From Nitrospirota bacterium (lineage in GTDB: Bacteria > Nitrospirota > Thermodesulfovibrionia > Thermodesulfovibrionales > BMS3Bbin05): DNA of 64,000 nucleotides. Position 1 is the first letter of the stretch. Each line of letters starts with the position of its first letter. The stretch spans positions 102,782 to 166,781 of the forward strand of contig CP070669.1 of assembly GCA_020351835.1 (NCBI GenBank), read 5' to 3'. A program made the translations under genes and the position numbers. Below the pieces are notes generated by a model. That model saw only the letters and a program-made list of their open reading frames with translations. It was not told the origin of the DNA and did no database searches. Of the stretch, positions 36,093-45,875 are shown piece after piece.

Positions 36093-36563
36093 ATATCCCC
36101 CTCTAAAGGATATAGTTACGAGAAGATAGGTAAAAGTATAGCACAGAACATTCTGCTAATGAATAAGATGCCTTTCCGGCCTGCGGAACTACCCCCGTTC
36201 CGCCGTATTCTGTCTATAGCTTTCACATACCTCTCCCTTACGGAAATCGTCCGCAACACTAAAGTTTGAGCAAGAAATATACCTGTAATGCGTCTCTTAG
36301 GCTTTTTTGCAATTTTATCCTTAACTTATTGTTTATATTGTAATAATTGATAATACAGCTTCGCACGTACATATATCCAAAACTATGGAAGTGACAATTT
36401 ATGTCATTTATTGTGTAGTTGCGGGTATTTCTGCCCTAGTTCTCAAAGTCGCTTATTATATGAAGAACGTATACAATATATAATCATTGAATATTTCCTG
36501 TTTTCTACTGGTCGGGCATCTTTTTACCTGCTCTCTTCGGCCCATTTCCTATATAATCTCATC

Positions 36564-37376
36564 ATGAAGTCAGTGGCTTACGGTGATCTGTTGAAGTTGT
36601 CGACCGAAGCGGCCCGAAAGGCCGGTAGCCATATAATGAGCAACCTGGGCGGGATCACATCTTCAGACATAGTGCTCAAACAGACATCTGACTTTGTGAC
36701 AAGGGTGGATAAAGAGTCTGAAACCCTGATCGTGAACCTTATAAGGTCCCAATATTCAGATCACTCGATCGTTGCTGAGGAATCAGTTAATGAGGAAGTG
36801 TCAGGTTACAGGTGGATAATAGATCCCCTGGACGGCACCACCAACTTTATACATGGCTATCCGGTTTTTTCCGTCTCCATAGCGGTTGAACATGCGGGAA
36901 ACATAATTACAGGTGTAGTCTTTGATCCGACAAGAGACGAGATGTTCACTGCAGCAGAAGGCTCCGGAGCGCATCTTAACGATAGGCCAATAGCCGTCTC
37001 AAAAGTTAATAGCATTGCTGACTCCCTTATCACAACAGGATTCCCCTTCAGAAGAAAGGACCATATAGATAAATATCTTTCAGTATTCAAGGAAATGTTC
37101 ATGCAGGTAAGTGATATCAGGAGAGCCGGCAGTGCGGCACTGGACCTGTCTTATCTGGCATGCGGAAGATGTGACGGTTTTTTTGAGATAGGACTTAGCA
37201 TCTGGGATATCGCGGCAGGCAGTCTGCTTATTTCTGAAGCCGGAGGCATGGTATCGGATTTTACAGGAGGTTCCGACCACCTTGCTACCGGGAATATCGT
37301 AGCCGGCACGCAAAATATACATGCATTGATCCTCAATACGGTAAAAAAGTCCTTTCAAGGCACAATAGACAGCTAG
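36564..37376 (+). CDS. suhB: Inositol monophosphatase family protein (SuhB-like)
   Basis: EESV, WIIDPLDGTTNF and WDIAAG motifs. The family N-terminus begins at MKSVAYGDLLKLSTEAARKAG. The extension back to 36411 looks spurious. Confidence 0.88.
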   Translation: MKSVAYGDLLKLSTEAARKAGSHIMSNLGGITSSDIVLKQTSDFVTRVDKESETLIVNLIRSQYSDHSIVAEESVNEEVSGYRWIIDPLDGTTNFIHGYPVFSVSIAVEHAGNIITGVVFDPTRDEMFTAAEGSGAHLNDRPIAVSKVNSIADSLITTGFPFRRKDHIDKYLSVFKEMFMQVSDIRRAGSAALDLSYLACGRCDGFFEIGLSIWDIAAGSLLISEAGGMVSDFTGGSDHLATGNIVAGTQNIHALILNTVKKSFQGTIDS

Positions 37377-37699
37377 CCGGGTCCGACACTTCAAAACATC
37401 ACTTATTACTTCGCATCTCAATCCTAAACTATTAATATACCTGAACATTTAATTAACATATGCGGCCCGGCCAGTATGACCGAAATTTCACATTTTGCGG
37501 CAATTAGTAACATTTTAAAGAACATCTCATATTCATTAAAAAGTTCACAACATTAAATAGCCATATAATTCAGTATGTTATTTCTCATCTCATCTTTGGT
37601 CGGAAACGGGTACGGATTATGCATAATAAATTATCAAATGGTATAAGGATTGTCCTGGGAAATGGGAAAAGAGCGTTAATTGAGAAAAAGGAGTTTAAG

Positions 37700-37963
37700 A
37701 TGAACCATAACGAACATGACAGAAAAGGCGACCCTGAGACCATTAAATGGTGGACCGAGCTTGAGGACAGGCCTCTCGGCAAATTGCGCCCCTGCTGCAA
37801 GCTCATCGTAGAGTCAGGCCTCGAGGCACTCCAGTGGACCGACTGTGAAGGTACGGTACACAACATGCTTGTGAACTATTGCCCGCAGTGCGGAACAAAG
37901 CTTACAAAGTATATGAAGGGAGCCGAGACCTCTGACTGCGATGAATGCGAAGATTGCAATTGA
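37700..37963 (+). CDS. Small Cys-rich hypothetical protein (zinc-ribbon-like)
   Basis: AGGAG 7 nt upstream of ATG at 37700. 87 aa with PCCK, DCEG, CPQCG and a DCDECEDCN tail. Confidence 0.55.
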   Translation: MNHNEHDRKGDPETIKWWTELEDRPLGKLRPCCKLIVESGLEALQWTDCEGTVHNMLVNYCPQCGTKLTKYMKGAETSDCDECEDCN

Positions 37964-38019
37964 TAGATCGGGCGGAATGTTCCACCATAATTCGCAATTG
38001 ATACATCCATGCGGGCATC

Positions 38020-39099
38020 TTATGCCTTCAGTGTTTCCGCAAGCGTGGGATGTTCAACCTTTCCCCGGTATGTATTAAGGGCACTTCTAAGCTCGCCAAC
38101 GCTTTCGACAGCGCCATCTATCCCGCTATCTGCAAGCATTTTTATATACGGAAGTGTAGCATTTGTAAGTGCCATGGTGGCTGTTCTTGGGTATGCGCCG
38201 GGCATATTAGCAACAGCGTAATGTATAACATCATCGACAATATAGACAGGATCGTCATGTGTTGTCGGCCTTGAAGTTTCGATACATCCACCCTGGTCCA
38301 CTGATACATCAACTATCACAGCCCCTTTCTTCATACTCCTTAACATTTCCCTTCTTACCAAGACAGGTGTCCTGCCACCCGGGACAAGGAGTGCGCCTAC
38401 AAGAATATCGGCGTACTGTATCTCTTCAATGATATTCGCCTTGGTCAATGGCAGGGTCTCTACTCGGCCCAAGAACATCTCATCTATCTTTCTCAGCTTA
38501 TCAGCACCCCTGTTAAGAACAACTGTTTCCATCTCAAGGCCGTTGCTGATCCTCGCCGCGTTCATGCCCACTATCCCTGCTCCCAATATGACCGACCTTG
38601 CGGGTCTTACCCCCTCAGCTCCTGCCGGAAGTACTCCCGTACCACCTCTGAACTTCTGGAGGTAATAAGCTCCGATTATGGGTGCCATTCTTCCCGCTAT
38701 CTCGCTCATAGGAAGAAGCAGCGGCAGCACACCATCCTTTTCAAGTGTCTCATACGCAAGTCCGGTTATATTCTTTCTTAACAGAACATCAGTCAGCTCC
38801 CTGTTGGGGGCAAGATGAAGATAAGTGAACAGCGCCTGCCCTTCTTTCATAAGATCATATTCGGGTGGTAATGGCTCTTTAACCTTCACAATGAGGTCTG
38901 CGCTTTTGAATATTGATCTCCTGTCGACAATATCCGCATCCGCCTTCAGGTATTCATCATCACTAAAACCGCTCCCTGCCCCGGCACCTTCTTCAATAAG
39001 CAGTGTGTGTCCGTCTCTTTTAAGCTCTGAGGCGCCGTCAGGCGTAATGCCGACTCGGTACTCTTCGCTTTTTATCTCTTTCGGGCAACCGATTATCAT
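38020..39099 (-). CDS. ald: Alanine dehydrogenase
   Basis: MIIGCPKEIKSEEYRVGITP, Rossmann motif VILGAGIVG, 359 aa. Confidence 0.93.
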   Translation of the reverse strand: MIIGCPKEIKSEEYRVGITPDGASELKRDGHTLLIEEGAGAGSGFSDDEYLKADADIVDRRSIFKSADLIVKVKEPLPPEYDLMKEGQALFTYLHLAPNRELTDVLLRKNITGLAYETLEKDGVLPLLLPMSEIAGRMAPIIGAYYLQKFRGGTGVLPAGAEGVRPARSVILGAGIVGMNAARISNGLEMETVVLNRGADKLRKIDEMFLGRVETLPLTKANIIEEIQYADILVGALLVPGGRTPVLVRREMLRSMKKGAVIVDVSVDQGGCIETSRPTTHDDPVYIVDDVIHYAVANMPGAYPRTATMALTNATLPYIKMLADSGIDGAVESVGELRSALNTYRGKVEHPTLAETLKA

Positions 39100-39285
39100 C
39101 TGGAAAGATTATATCCGAACTCATTTCCCTTTACAAGAAATGATAAGGCCTTAAGAAGAAGGACGGGCCGAAATGCAAAAACAATATAACCGGCAAGTCA
39201 AAATATTGCGCTACTTAAAAAAAATACTAAAACAGTAAACATGATACAATAGAGCAGTAGCCGTTTGTTGACAAAAGGATTATCA

Positions 39286-42200
39286 TCATTTATTCATCGC
39301 TTCCTGCATCGCCCTGAACAACTGTCCCGGGGTAACCGGTTTATAGAGAAAATTAAGCTCTTCTCTGCTTACCCCTTTCTCATCAAGAATATCCTTTGGG
39401 TAGCCGCTCATGAAAAGTGCTTTTATCTGGGGAGAGATACGCTTGATCTCATCAAATGCCTCCATTCCGTTCATCCCGGGCATTATAAGGTCAAACAAAA
39501 GGAAATCGACCTTTCTCTTGTTATTTTTGTACTTATAAACAGCGTCCTCGCCATTAATTGCCTCGATGACTTTATAGCCAAAGGCCTCAAGCGATGCCCT
39601 CAAGGCCTTTCTTACCGGCTCCTCATCCTCGGCAAGGAGTATAGTGGAGGATCTCTTGACCTTTTTGTATATTTCTACTGCAGCCGACGCATCTTCGGCC
39701 ACTTCCTGCTCCATGATCGGCAAGTAGATCTGAAAAGTAGCTCCTTTATCCAGCTCACTCTCCACATTTATATATCCTCCGTGCTGCTTAACTATTCCAT
39801 ATGATGTCGATAGCCCGAGTCCGGTTCCACGCGCGGCATCTTTCGAGGTAAAAAAAGGTTCGAAAACCTTGCTCTTTATTTCTTCGGTCATTCCTATCCC
39901 CGTATCTTTTATAGTTATCAGTGCGTATTCTCCTATAACTCCGAATCCGTAATGCAGTATAAAGTCCCTGTCTATTCTGTCCAGGCTTGTTTCTATCAAA
40001 AGCTTGCCACCCTTCGGCATCGCATCTCTGCTGTTGGTAACAATATTAACGAGGACCTGCTCGATCTGTCCTGTATCTGCCATTATCATTAGTACTTCCT
40101 TTGATAATTTTGTATCGAAGCTGATGTCCTCCCCTATAAGCCTTGAGAGCATGTTTTTGATCCCATCGATTATCTTGTTCACGTCCGCAAGCTTGGGTGT
40201 TATTACCTGCTTCCGGCTAAATGCAAGTAGGCTTTTGGTAAGAGATATTGCCCTCTCGGACAGGGACATGAGCTCATCAACGTACTCACGGGATGGATCG
40301 GTATTCTTCATGCTTAGCTGAATAAGGTTGGTGTTAGCGATCATTGCAGACAGTATATTATTGAAGTCATGAGCTATGCCTCCAGCAAGCCTTCCGACCG
40401 CCTCTATCTTCTGGGCCCTGAGCAGCTGTTCCTGCAACCCCTCTTTTTCCTTCTCTGCTTTTTTTCGGTCGCTAATATCCAGAAATGACGCCACCGCATA
40501 CTTTATTTCCCCATTATCTTCATATACAGGATATCCCAAAACCTCGAGCGGTATAATTCGATCATTCCTCTTGATCTCCATATCATCAATATGGGAGGTC
40601 TCACCCCTTAATGCCCTTACGATAGGCATCTTCTCCTTTGGATAAAGTTTATCCGTTCCCGCTAAATAGGCATTATATACCTCTGCCAATTCGCTCTTAT
40701 CTATATCCATCACATCCTTGCCTAACAGCGATTTTGCCTTATCATTAGCAAACACGGGAACGCCGGATGGGTCAAGCACAAAAATTCCGACCGGAAGAGT
40801 ATCGATGAACCCAAAGAGACGTTGTTCGCTCTCCCTGAGAGCTTCTTCAGCTTTCACACGATCGCTTATATCTATAGCCATACCTATAAGCCCGGTAATA
40901 TTTCCATCACTTCCCTTAACAGGTGAATAGAATATATCGAAAAAGATCCCGTTAACATCGATGATATCCTGATGGTACCTTCCTGCCAGTGCCTCATTGA
41001 TCCCGCTTATGATGGCCGGGAAATCCTTATACATCTCATAGGCTGACATTCCTACAGCCTGTCCCGGTTTAAGCCCGAGCACCGATAACATCTTTCCTTC
41101 AGAGAGAAGGAACTTGCCAGCATTATCTATCATGAATATGATCGGCTGGGAGTTCTCGATTATGGTCCTGAACTTCTCTTCTGAATCTCTCAGGGCCTTT
41201 TCCGCCTTTCTTCTGGCAGTAATGTCCCTTGCAATTCCTATTATCACTTTCTTATTATCGAGTTTTATCGGGTTTGATATTATTTCGACATAAACAGTGC
41301 TTCCATCCTTGGACTTTAACGCAAGCTCATTAGGCCCGGTAGGTCTGCCGAGCATGCCCATTCCGAACATCTTCAGTGCTTTAGGCACATCCCTCAGTCT
41401 TAGAATGCCTGCTGTCTCAAAATTCTTTCCAATCAGCTCTTCCTTTTTATAACCGATCAGCTTTTCGGCAGCCTTATTGCCGTCAATAAAATTGCCCTTC
41501 ATATCCAGCAAATAGTATGCATCAGGGGCCTTATCAAAGAGCAGCTCGAACCTGTCAACATTATCCTTAAGCATCTTCTCTGCGATCCTTTGATCTGTAA
41601 CATCTCTGACCGATGCAACACGCACTATTCTGCCCTCATAAGGTACATTAGAACCACGTGCTTCAACTATGATCTCTCTTCCGTCTTTTCTCCGAATAAC
41701 ATGTTCATATGGTTGTTCATTCTCTGTACTTAACATCTCTTCAACCTTACTTTTTGACGCAGGAGAAACATAGTCTAAAATAGACATTCCTATTAACTCC
41801 TGCAATGAATACCCTATGAGCTCGCAGAACTGCATATTTGCATCTACGATCTGTCCCTTTTCGGATAATACTATTCCTTCCAATGAAGCACCTGCCAGGA
41901 TACGGAAGCGCTCCTCGCTTTCCTTGAGCCTCCTTTCTGTCTCCATTCGGTCCTGTATCTCCAGCATGAGGTCCTTTGTACGTTCGTTTACGATAAGCTC
42001 TAGTTCATCTTTCATCCCCACAGCCTCTTCTGCCGCGGTCTCTTCCCATTCTTTCTGCCTTGTTATATCCCTGGCTATCTTCATTCCGCCTATGATCTCA
42101 GCGGATTCGTTCCTTAACGGGCTTGTCGTCAGTTCAAAATACCTGATACCATCATCGGTCTCTACCCGCCTTTCCGTTTTGTTAGAGGTTCCGCCGCTAA

Positions 42201-42567
42201 GCGTGGGCAACATGGGGCATCCTTCACATACGTCTTTCTCCCCCTCATAAACCTCATAACATAACTTTCCGGTATTTTCTCCGAACGCTCTGCGAATGGC
42301 CTCGTTCTCATAAAGGACCTTGTAATCAAGGTCCTGAATGACTATTCCGTCCGCAATATTATCAAGCGCTTCGGTCAGGGATCGCAGCAGAGATGGGCCA
42401 ATACCCTTCTCAACTTTTTTATTAACGGTCTCATCCCTTGTAACTTTTCTCTTCTTAGGGGTCTTAACGGCAGCAGGTGACACTTTCCTTTTCCTGGCAG
42501 TATTCTTGATCTTTGATGCTTTTTTGGTTATGGTCTTTTTTGTCTGCTTCTTTTTCGCCATAAACAA
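39286..42567 (-). CDS. Multi-PAS hybrid sensor histidine kinase with C-terminal receiver
   Basis: Lys-rich N-terminus, at least 5 PAS-like repeats, H-box [17 protein letters not shown], receiver DFLLFDLIMPGMNG. 1093 aa. Confidence 0.9.
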   Translation of the reverse strand: MFMAKKKQTKKTITKKASKIKNTARKRKVSPAAVKTPKKRKVTRDETVNKKVEKGIGPSLLRSLTEALDNIADGIVIQDLDYKVLYENEAIRRAFGENTGKLCYEVYEGEKDVCEGCPMLPTLSGGTSNKTERRVETDDGIRYFELTTSPLRNESAEIIGGMKIARDITRQKEWEETAAEEAVGMKDELELIVNERTKDLMLEIQDRMETERRLKESEERFRILAGASLEGIVLSEKGQIVDANMQFCELIGYSLQELIGMSILDYVSPASKSKVEEMLSTENEQPYEHVIRRKDGREIIVEARGSNVPYEGRIVRVASVRDVTDQRIAEKMLKDNVDRFELLFDKAPDAYYLLDMKGNFIDGNKAAEKLIGYKKEELIGKNFETAGILRLRDVPKALKMFGMGMLGRPTGPNELALKSKDGSTVYVEIISNPIKLDNKKVIIGIARDITARRKAEKALRDSEEKFRTIIENSQPIIFMIDNAGKFLLSEGKMLSVLGLKPGQAVGMSAYEMYKDFPAIISGINEALAGRYHQDIIDVNGIFFDIFYSPVKGSDGNITGLIGMAIDISDRVKAEEALRESEQRLFGFIDTLPVGIFVLDPSGVPVFANDKAKSLLGKDVMDIDKSELAEVYNAYLAGTDKLYPKEKMPIVRALRGETSHIDDMEIKRNDRIIPLEVLGYPVYEDNGEIKYAVASFLDISDRKKAEKEKEGLQEQLLRAQKIEAVGRLAGGIAHDFNNILSAMIANTNLIQLSMKNTDPSREYVDELMSLSERAISLTKSLLAFSRKQVITPKLADVNKIIDGIKNMLSRLIGEDISFDTKLSKEVLMIMADTGQIEQVLVNIVTNSRDAMPKGGKLLIETSLDRIDRDFILHYGFGVIGEYALITIKDTGIGMTEEIKSKVFEPFFTSKDAARGTGLGLSTSYGIVKQHGGYINVESELDKGATFQIYLPIMEQEVAEDASAAVEIYKKVKRSSTILLAEDEEPVRKALRASLEAFGYKVIEAINGEDAVYKYKNNKRKVDFLLFDLIMPGMNGMEAFDEIKRISPQIKALFMSGYPKDILDEKGVSREELNFLYKPVTPGQLFRAMQEAMNK

Positions 42568-42694
42568 TGACCTCGTTTAGTTAATAGAACGGACCCGGGT
42601 AGACAATATGATCAATACAGATGAAGTAAAAGCACACTCCCCGATCTTTACCATGAACGTAGCTCTATTATATCATCTATAATTATCGAAATAT

Positions 42695-43315
42695 TTATGT
42701 CGCACCTGAAATGAACCAAATGCCGAATACCACAAGAAATATTCCGCAAATATACAGAAGTATCCTGTAACCTTTATCCCCCATGAACTTCTTACCTTTT
42801 GCGACAGTGAAAGATATCAGACTGTACCAGACTAGATCCGCTGTAATATGGCCTATAAAGAACACCACAATGCCCAGTATCCCGAGCTTTATCGCGCTTA
42901 CTAGATAACCAAGTCCTATCGTCGCCCACCATATCGTCCAGTAAGGGTTAGATATGCTTCCCACTATCCCGGCGATCACAGGGTGCATGCCTGATCCCTC
43001 GCCCTCTAACTCGACAGAGATTCTGGCGTGTCTTGCATCTCTTATCATCATGGCACCCATTATCACGAGCATCGCGCCGCCCAGAAGGCTTATGGCAATA
43101 ATGACTCCCTGTCTTTTGAAAAAAGGCGAAAGACCTATCAGAAGAAGTGCGATGAGTGTAAGCTCAAGTATTGCATGGCCGAGTATTATGAGCGGGCCTG
43201 AGATGAACCCCCTTTTAGCAGACTCGGCAACAGTGATGGTAAAAAGCGGTCCCGGCACCAGAGCACCCGAGAGTGCAACAAAAAAGGATGTCAGGCCTAT
43301 CATCATTATGCTCAT
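42695..43315 (-). CDS. LysE-family amino-acid/metabolite exporter
   Basis: 206 aa with about 6 TM helices. The N-terminal ALVPGPLF motif is typical of LysE/RhtB. Confidence 0.75.
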   Translation of the reverse strand: MSIMMIGLTSFFVALSGALVPGPLFTITVAESAKRGFISGPLIILGHAILELTLIALLLIGLSPFFKRQGVIIAISLLGGAMLVIMGAMMIRDARHARISVELEGEGSGMHPVIAGIVGSISNPYWTIWWATIGLGYLVSAIKLGILGIVVFFIGHITADLVWYSLISFTVAKGKKFMGDKGYRILLYICGIFLVVFGIWFISGAT

Positions 43316-43398
43316 TTCGTTCCCTGCCCTTTTCTCACGTGATATTATATAATTTTATCTGTATCACATTCTTGAACATATGCTGAGGGAGGTTACGA

Positions 43399-44583
43399 TT
43401 GGCCGTAAGCATTGCCCTTTTAGTTGTTCTTGGGCTTTTCTCTGATTTCCTTTTTAAAAAGATCAAATTGCCCGGCCTCATTGGCATGCTCGTTGTAGGC
43501 ATACTTTGCGGCCCGTATGTATTTGATATCCTTCAGCCTGTTCTTCTGTCAGTTTCTTCGGACTGGAGGATGGTAGCATTAATAATCATTCTCCTCAGAG
43601 CGGGACTTGAACTAAGGCGGGATACCCTAAACAGGGTCGGGAAGACAGCCCTTATAATGGCCTGCCTGCCTGCGATGCTTGAGGGGGCTGTCATCATGCT
43701 CTTGGGTCCCCCTCTTCTAGGACTTACATATCTTGAGTCGGCGATACTTGGTTCCATTATCGCTGCGGTATCACCGGCCGTGGTCGTACCGTTTATGATA
43801 GATCTTATACGAAACAAGAGGGGAACAAAAAAGGGCATCCCGACCATGATCCTGAGCGCCTCATCGGTGGACGACGTGTTCGTTATCGTCATATTCACGA
43901 TACTTCTTGGCATATATACAGGCTCCGAGACAAATCCTTTCTTAAAGCTACTTGATATACCCGAGGCAATGATCTCTGGTATAGCAATAGGTGCGGTCGC
44001 TGGCTATATGCTATATATTCTCTTTAAGAAGTTCGACCTGAGGGCAACAAAGATGACCATTGTCGTTGTTGCCACCTCCATTCTTCTCACATGGCTGGAG
44101 GAAGAGCTCAAGACAAGGGTGGCAATGTCAGCACTGCTCGGTGTTATGACCGTAGGTTTCGTTCTGCTCGAGAGATCAGAGGAAAGGGCACATAAGATCG
44201 CTTCAAAGCTTTCGAAGGTCTGGATCTTCGCCGAGATATTACTTTTTGTTCTTGTCGGGGCACAGGTTAACATACATGTGGCATGGCGGGCCGGGCTTGC
44301 AGGAGCACTCATCATATTCACAGGACTTATCGCCAGAAGCATCGGAACTTATCTTTCTGTAATAGGGACCGACCTGAACTTCAGAGAGAGGATGTTCTGT
44401 GTTATCTCCTATATACCGAAAGCAACCGTCCAGGCGGCTATAGGTGCTGTGCCGTTGGAGGCAGGGGTTGGGGGAGGAGAGGTGATACTTGCCGTTGCTG
44501 TGCTGTCGATACTGATAACGGCGCCGCTTGGAGCAATAGGGATATCCCTGACCGGCAGCCGATGGCTCGCAAAAGAAGGATAA
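43399..44583 (+). CDS. Cation:proton antiporter (Na+/H+ exchanger family)
   Basis: 394 aa polytopic membrane protein. TTG start after GGGAGG. ATDP-like region SAVSPAVVVP. Confidence 0.75.
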   Translation: MAVSIALLVVLGLFSDFLFKKIKLPGLIGMLVVGILCGPYVFDILQPVLLSVSSDWRMVALIIILLRAGLELRRDTLNRVGKTALIMACLPAMLEGAVIMLLGPPLLGLTYLESAILGSIIAAVSPAVVVPFMIDLIRNKRGTKKGIPTMILSASSVDDVFVIVIFTILLGIYTGSETNPFLKLLDIPEAMISGIAIGAVAGYMLYILFKKFDLRATKMTIVVVATSILLTWLEEELKTRVAMSALLGVMTVGFVLLERSEERAHKIASKLSKVWIFAEILLFVLVGAQVNIHVAWRAGLAGALIIFTGLIARSIGTYLSVIGTDLNFRERMFCVISYIPKATVQAAIGAVPLEAGVGGGEVILAVAVLSILITAPLGAIGISLTGSRWLAKEG

Positions 44584-44665
44584 ATTTACTATTTGTCAGT
44601 TATCAGATACCATTGGTTATTGTTATCATAAGGCAATAAATTAGCAAATACTGAAGGAGGATACC

Positions 44666-44890
44666 ATGCAATGGCTGGATAACACCTCGTGGGGACTTAT
44701 AATCATAGCCTGTCTTACACTGGGCCTGGCACCATACAGCCCTCCTCACATAGTCGAAAAGCTGCAGATGTTATTTAAGGGTGAACTGAAAAGACCGATT
44801 GACTGGTTCGATCTCGTGTTCCATGGCATCCCGTGGATACTTCTTGTCCTGAAAGGTATCGCATCTGTCAAAGGAAAACCGACTTTGTAG
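44666..44890 (+). CDS. Small two-TM membrane protein
   Basis: Strong SD GAAGGAGG. 74 aa with two hydrophobic helices. Confidence 0.6.
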   Translation: MQWLDNTSWGLIIIACLTLGLAPYSPPHIVEKLQMLFKGELKRPIDWFDLVFHGIPWILLVLKGIASVKGKPTL

Positions 44891-44903
44891 TATAATTAAC
44901 CCG

Positions 44904-45869
44904 ATGCTTTCTTTTATAAGGAAATTGTTCAAACGCACCCCGGTCCCCAGGGGACCGATGCATGTTACCGGCATTGGCCAGTGTTCATGGGACTACCTGT
45001 CTGTAGTTGACAGCTATCCACAGGCCGATACAAAGAAAGAGGTGATAAGGCATGATGAACAAGGGGGAGGTCCTGTCGCTACTGCACTTGTTACTCTTTC
45101 AAAGCTTGGGGTTCCATGCAGTTTCATAGGGATAGTAGGAGATGACGAGATCGGTGATAAGATAACCAGATCTCTCGGCCAGGAGAATATAGACCTTAGC
45201 AGGCTCATTAAGAGACCTGACAGTTCATCACAGGTCGCTCATATAATTATCGGCGAGAACAACAGTACAAGGACGATATTCTGGAAGAGGCCTTCCGGGA
45301 CCCCTATCGATCCCGATGAGATAGATCCGAAGCAGTTCGAGGTGACAGGATTTCTTCTTCTTGATGGTCTAATGAAGGATGCTTCCCTGAGGGCAGCGCG
45401 TATAGCAAGGGACAGGGGAATACCTGTCATGCTCGATGCCGGAAAGGTACGCGAGGGTATGATAGAGCTTGCAAAGGTTTCGGACTATATAGTTGGGTCG
45501 GAGGAATTTGCTCGTGACATAGGATGGAACGATAATCCTGAAACGTTCAAGCAGCATATATTGAACCTGGGATTTGGAATAACCACAATAACCCTGGGAA
45601 ACAGGGGCAGCATAACGTTCGCTGACAACCGGATACTAGAGATACCCGCCTTTACTGTCAAGGCCATAGATACGACCGGTGCGGGCGATGTCTTTCACGG
45701 AGGTTACATATTCGGCCTCCTCAGCGGATGGAATATAAAGGATATTGTCACGTTTGCATCAGCAGTTGCTGCGATAAAATGTGAATCCCTTGGCGGACGC
45801 TCCGGGATACCCGACCTCGACCAGGCTTATAAGTTCCTGAGGAACCGGAACTACGACGTCCCGTTCTGA
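44904..45869 (+). CDS. PfkB-family carbohydrate kinase
   Basis: GGGPVATA and C-terminal DTTGAGDVFHGG motifs. ATG at 44958 (MHVTGIG) is a plausible alternative start. Confidence 0.85.
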   Translation: MLSFIRKLFKRTPVPRGPMHVTGIGQCSWDYLSVVDSYPQADTKKEVIRHDEQGGGPVATALVTLSKLGVPCSFIGIVGDDEIGDKITRSLGQENIDLSRLIKRPDSSSQVAHIIIGENNSTRTIFWKRPSGTPIDPDEIDPKQFEVTGFLLLDGLMKDASLRAARIARDRGIPVMLDAGKVREGMIELAKVSDYIVGSEEFARDIGWNDNPETFKQHILNLGFGITTITLGNRGSITFADNRILEIPAFTVKAIDTTGAGDVFHGGYIFGLLSGWNIKDIVTFASAVAAIKCESLGGRSGIPDLDQAYKFLRNRNYDVPF

Positions 45870-45875
45870 CCGATC

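Noticed and set aside
36411-36563. 51-codon N-terminal extension of the suhB-like ORF (MCSCGYFCPSS...)
   Set aside because: It has an odd Cys/Phe/Tyr-rich composition in an AT-rich spacer. The IMPase family N-terminus aligns from M at 36564, and a TATAAT box sits 6 nt before that ATG.
37639-37653. TGGTAT-AAGGA-TTGT upstream of the Cys-rich small gene as a sigma-54 promoter
   Set aside because: The spacing is right, but the near-invariant -12 GC is GT and -24 is TGGTAT. This is too weak to call, so it is kept only as a remark in the findings.
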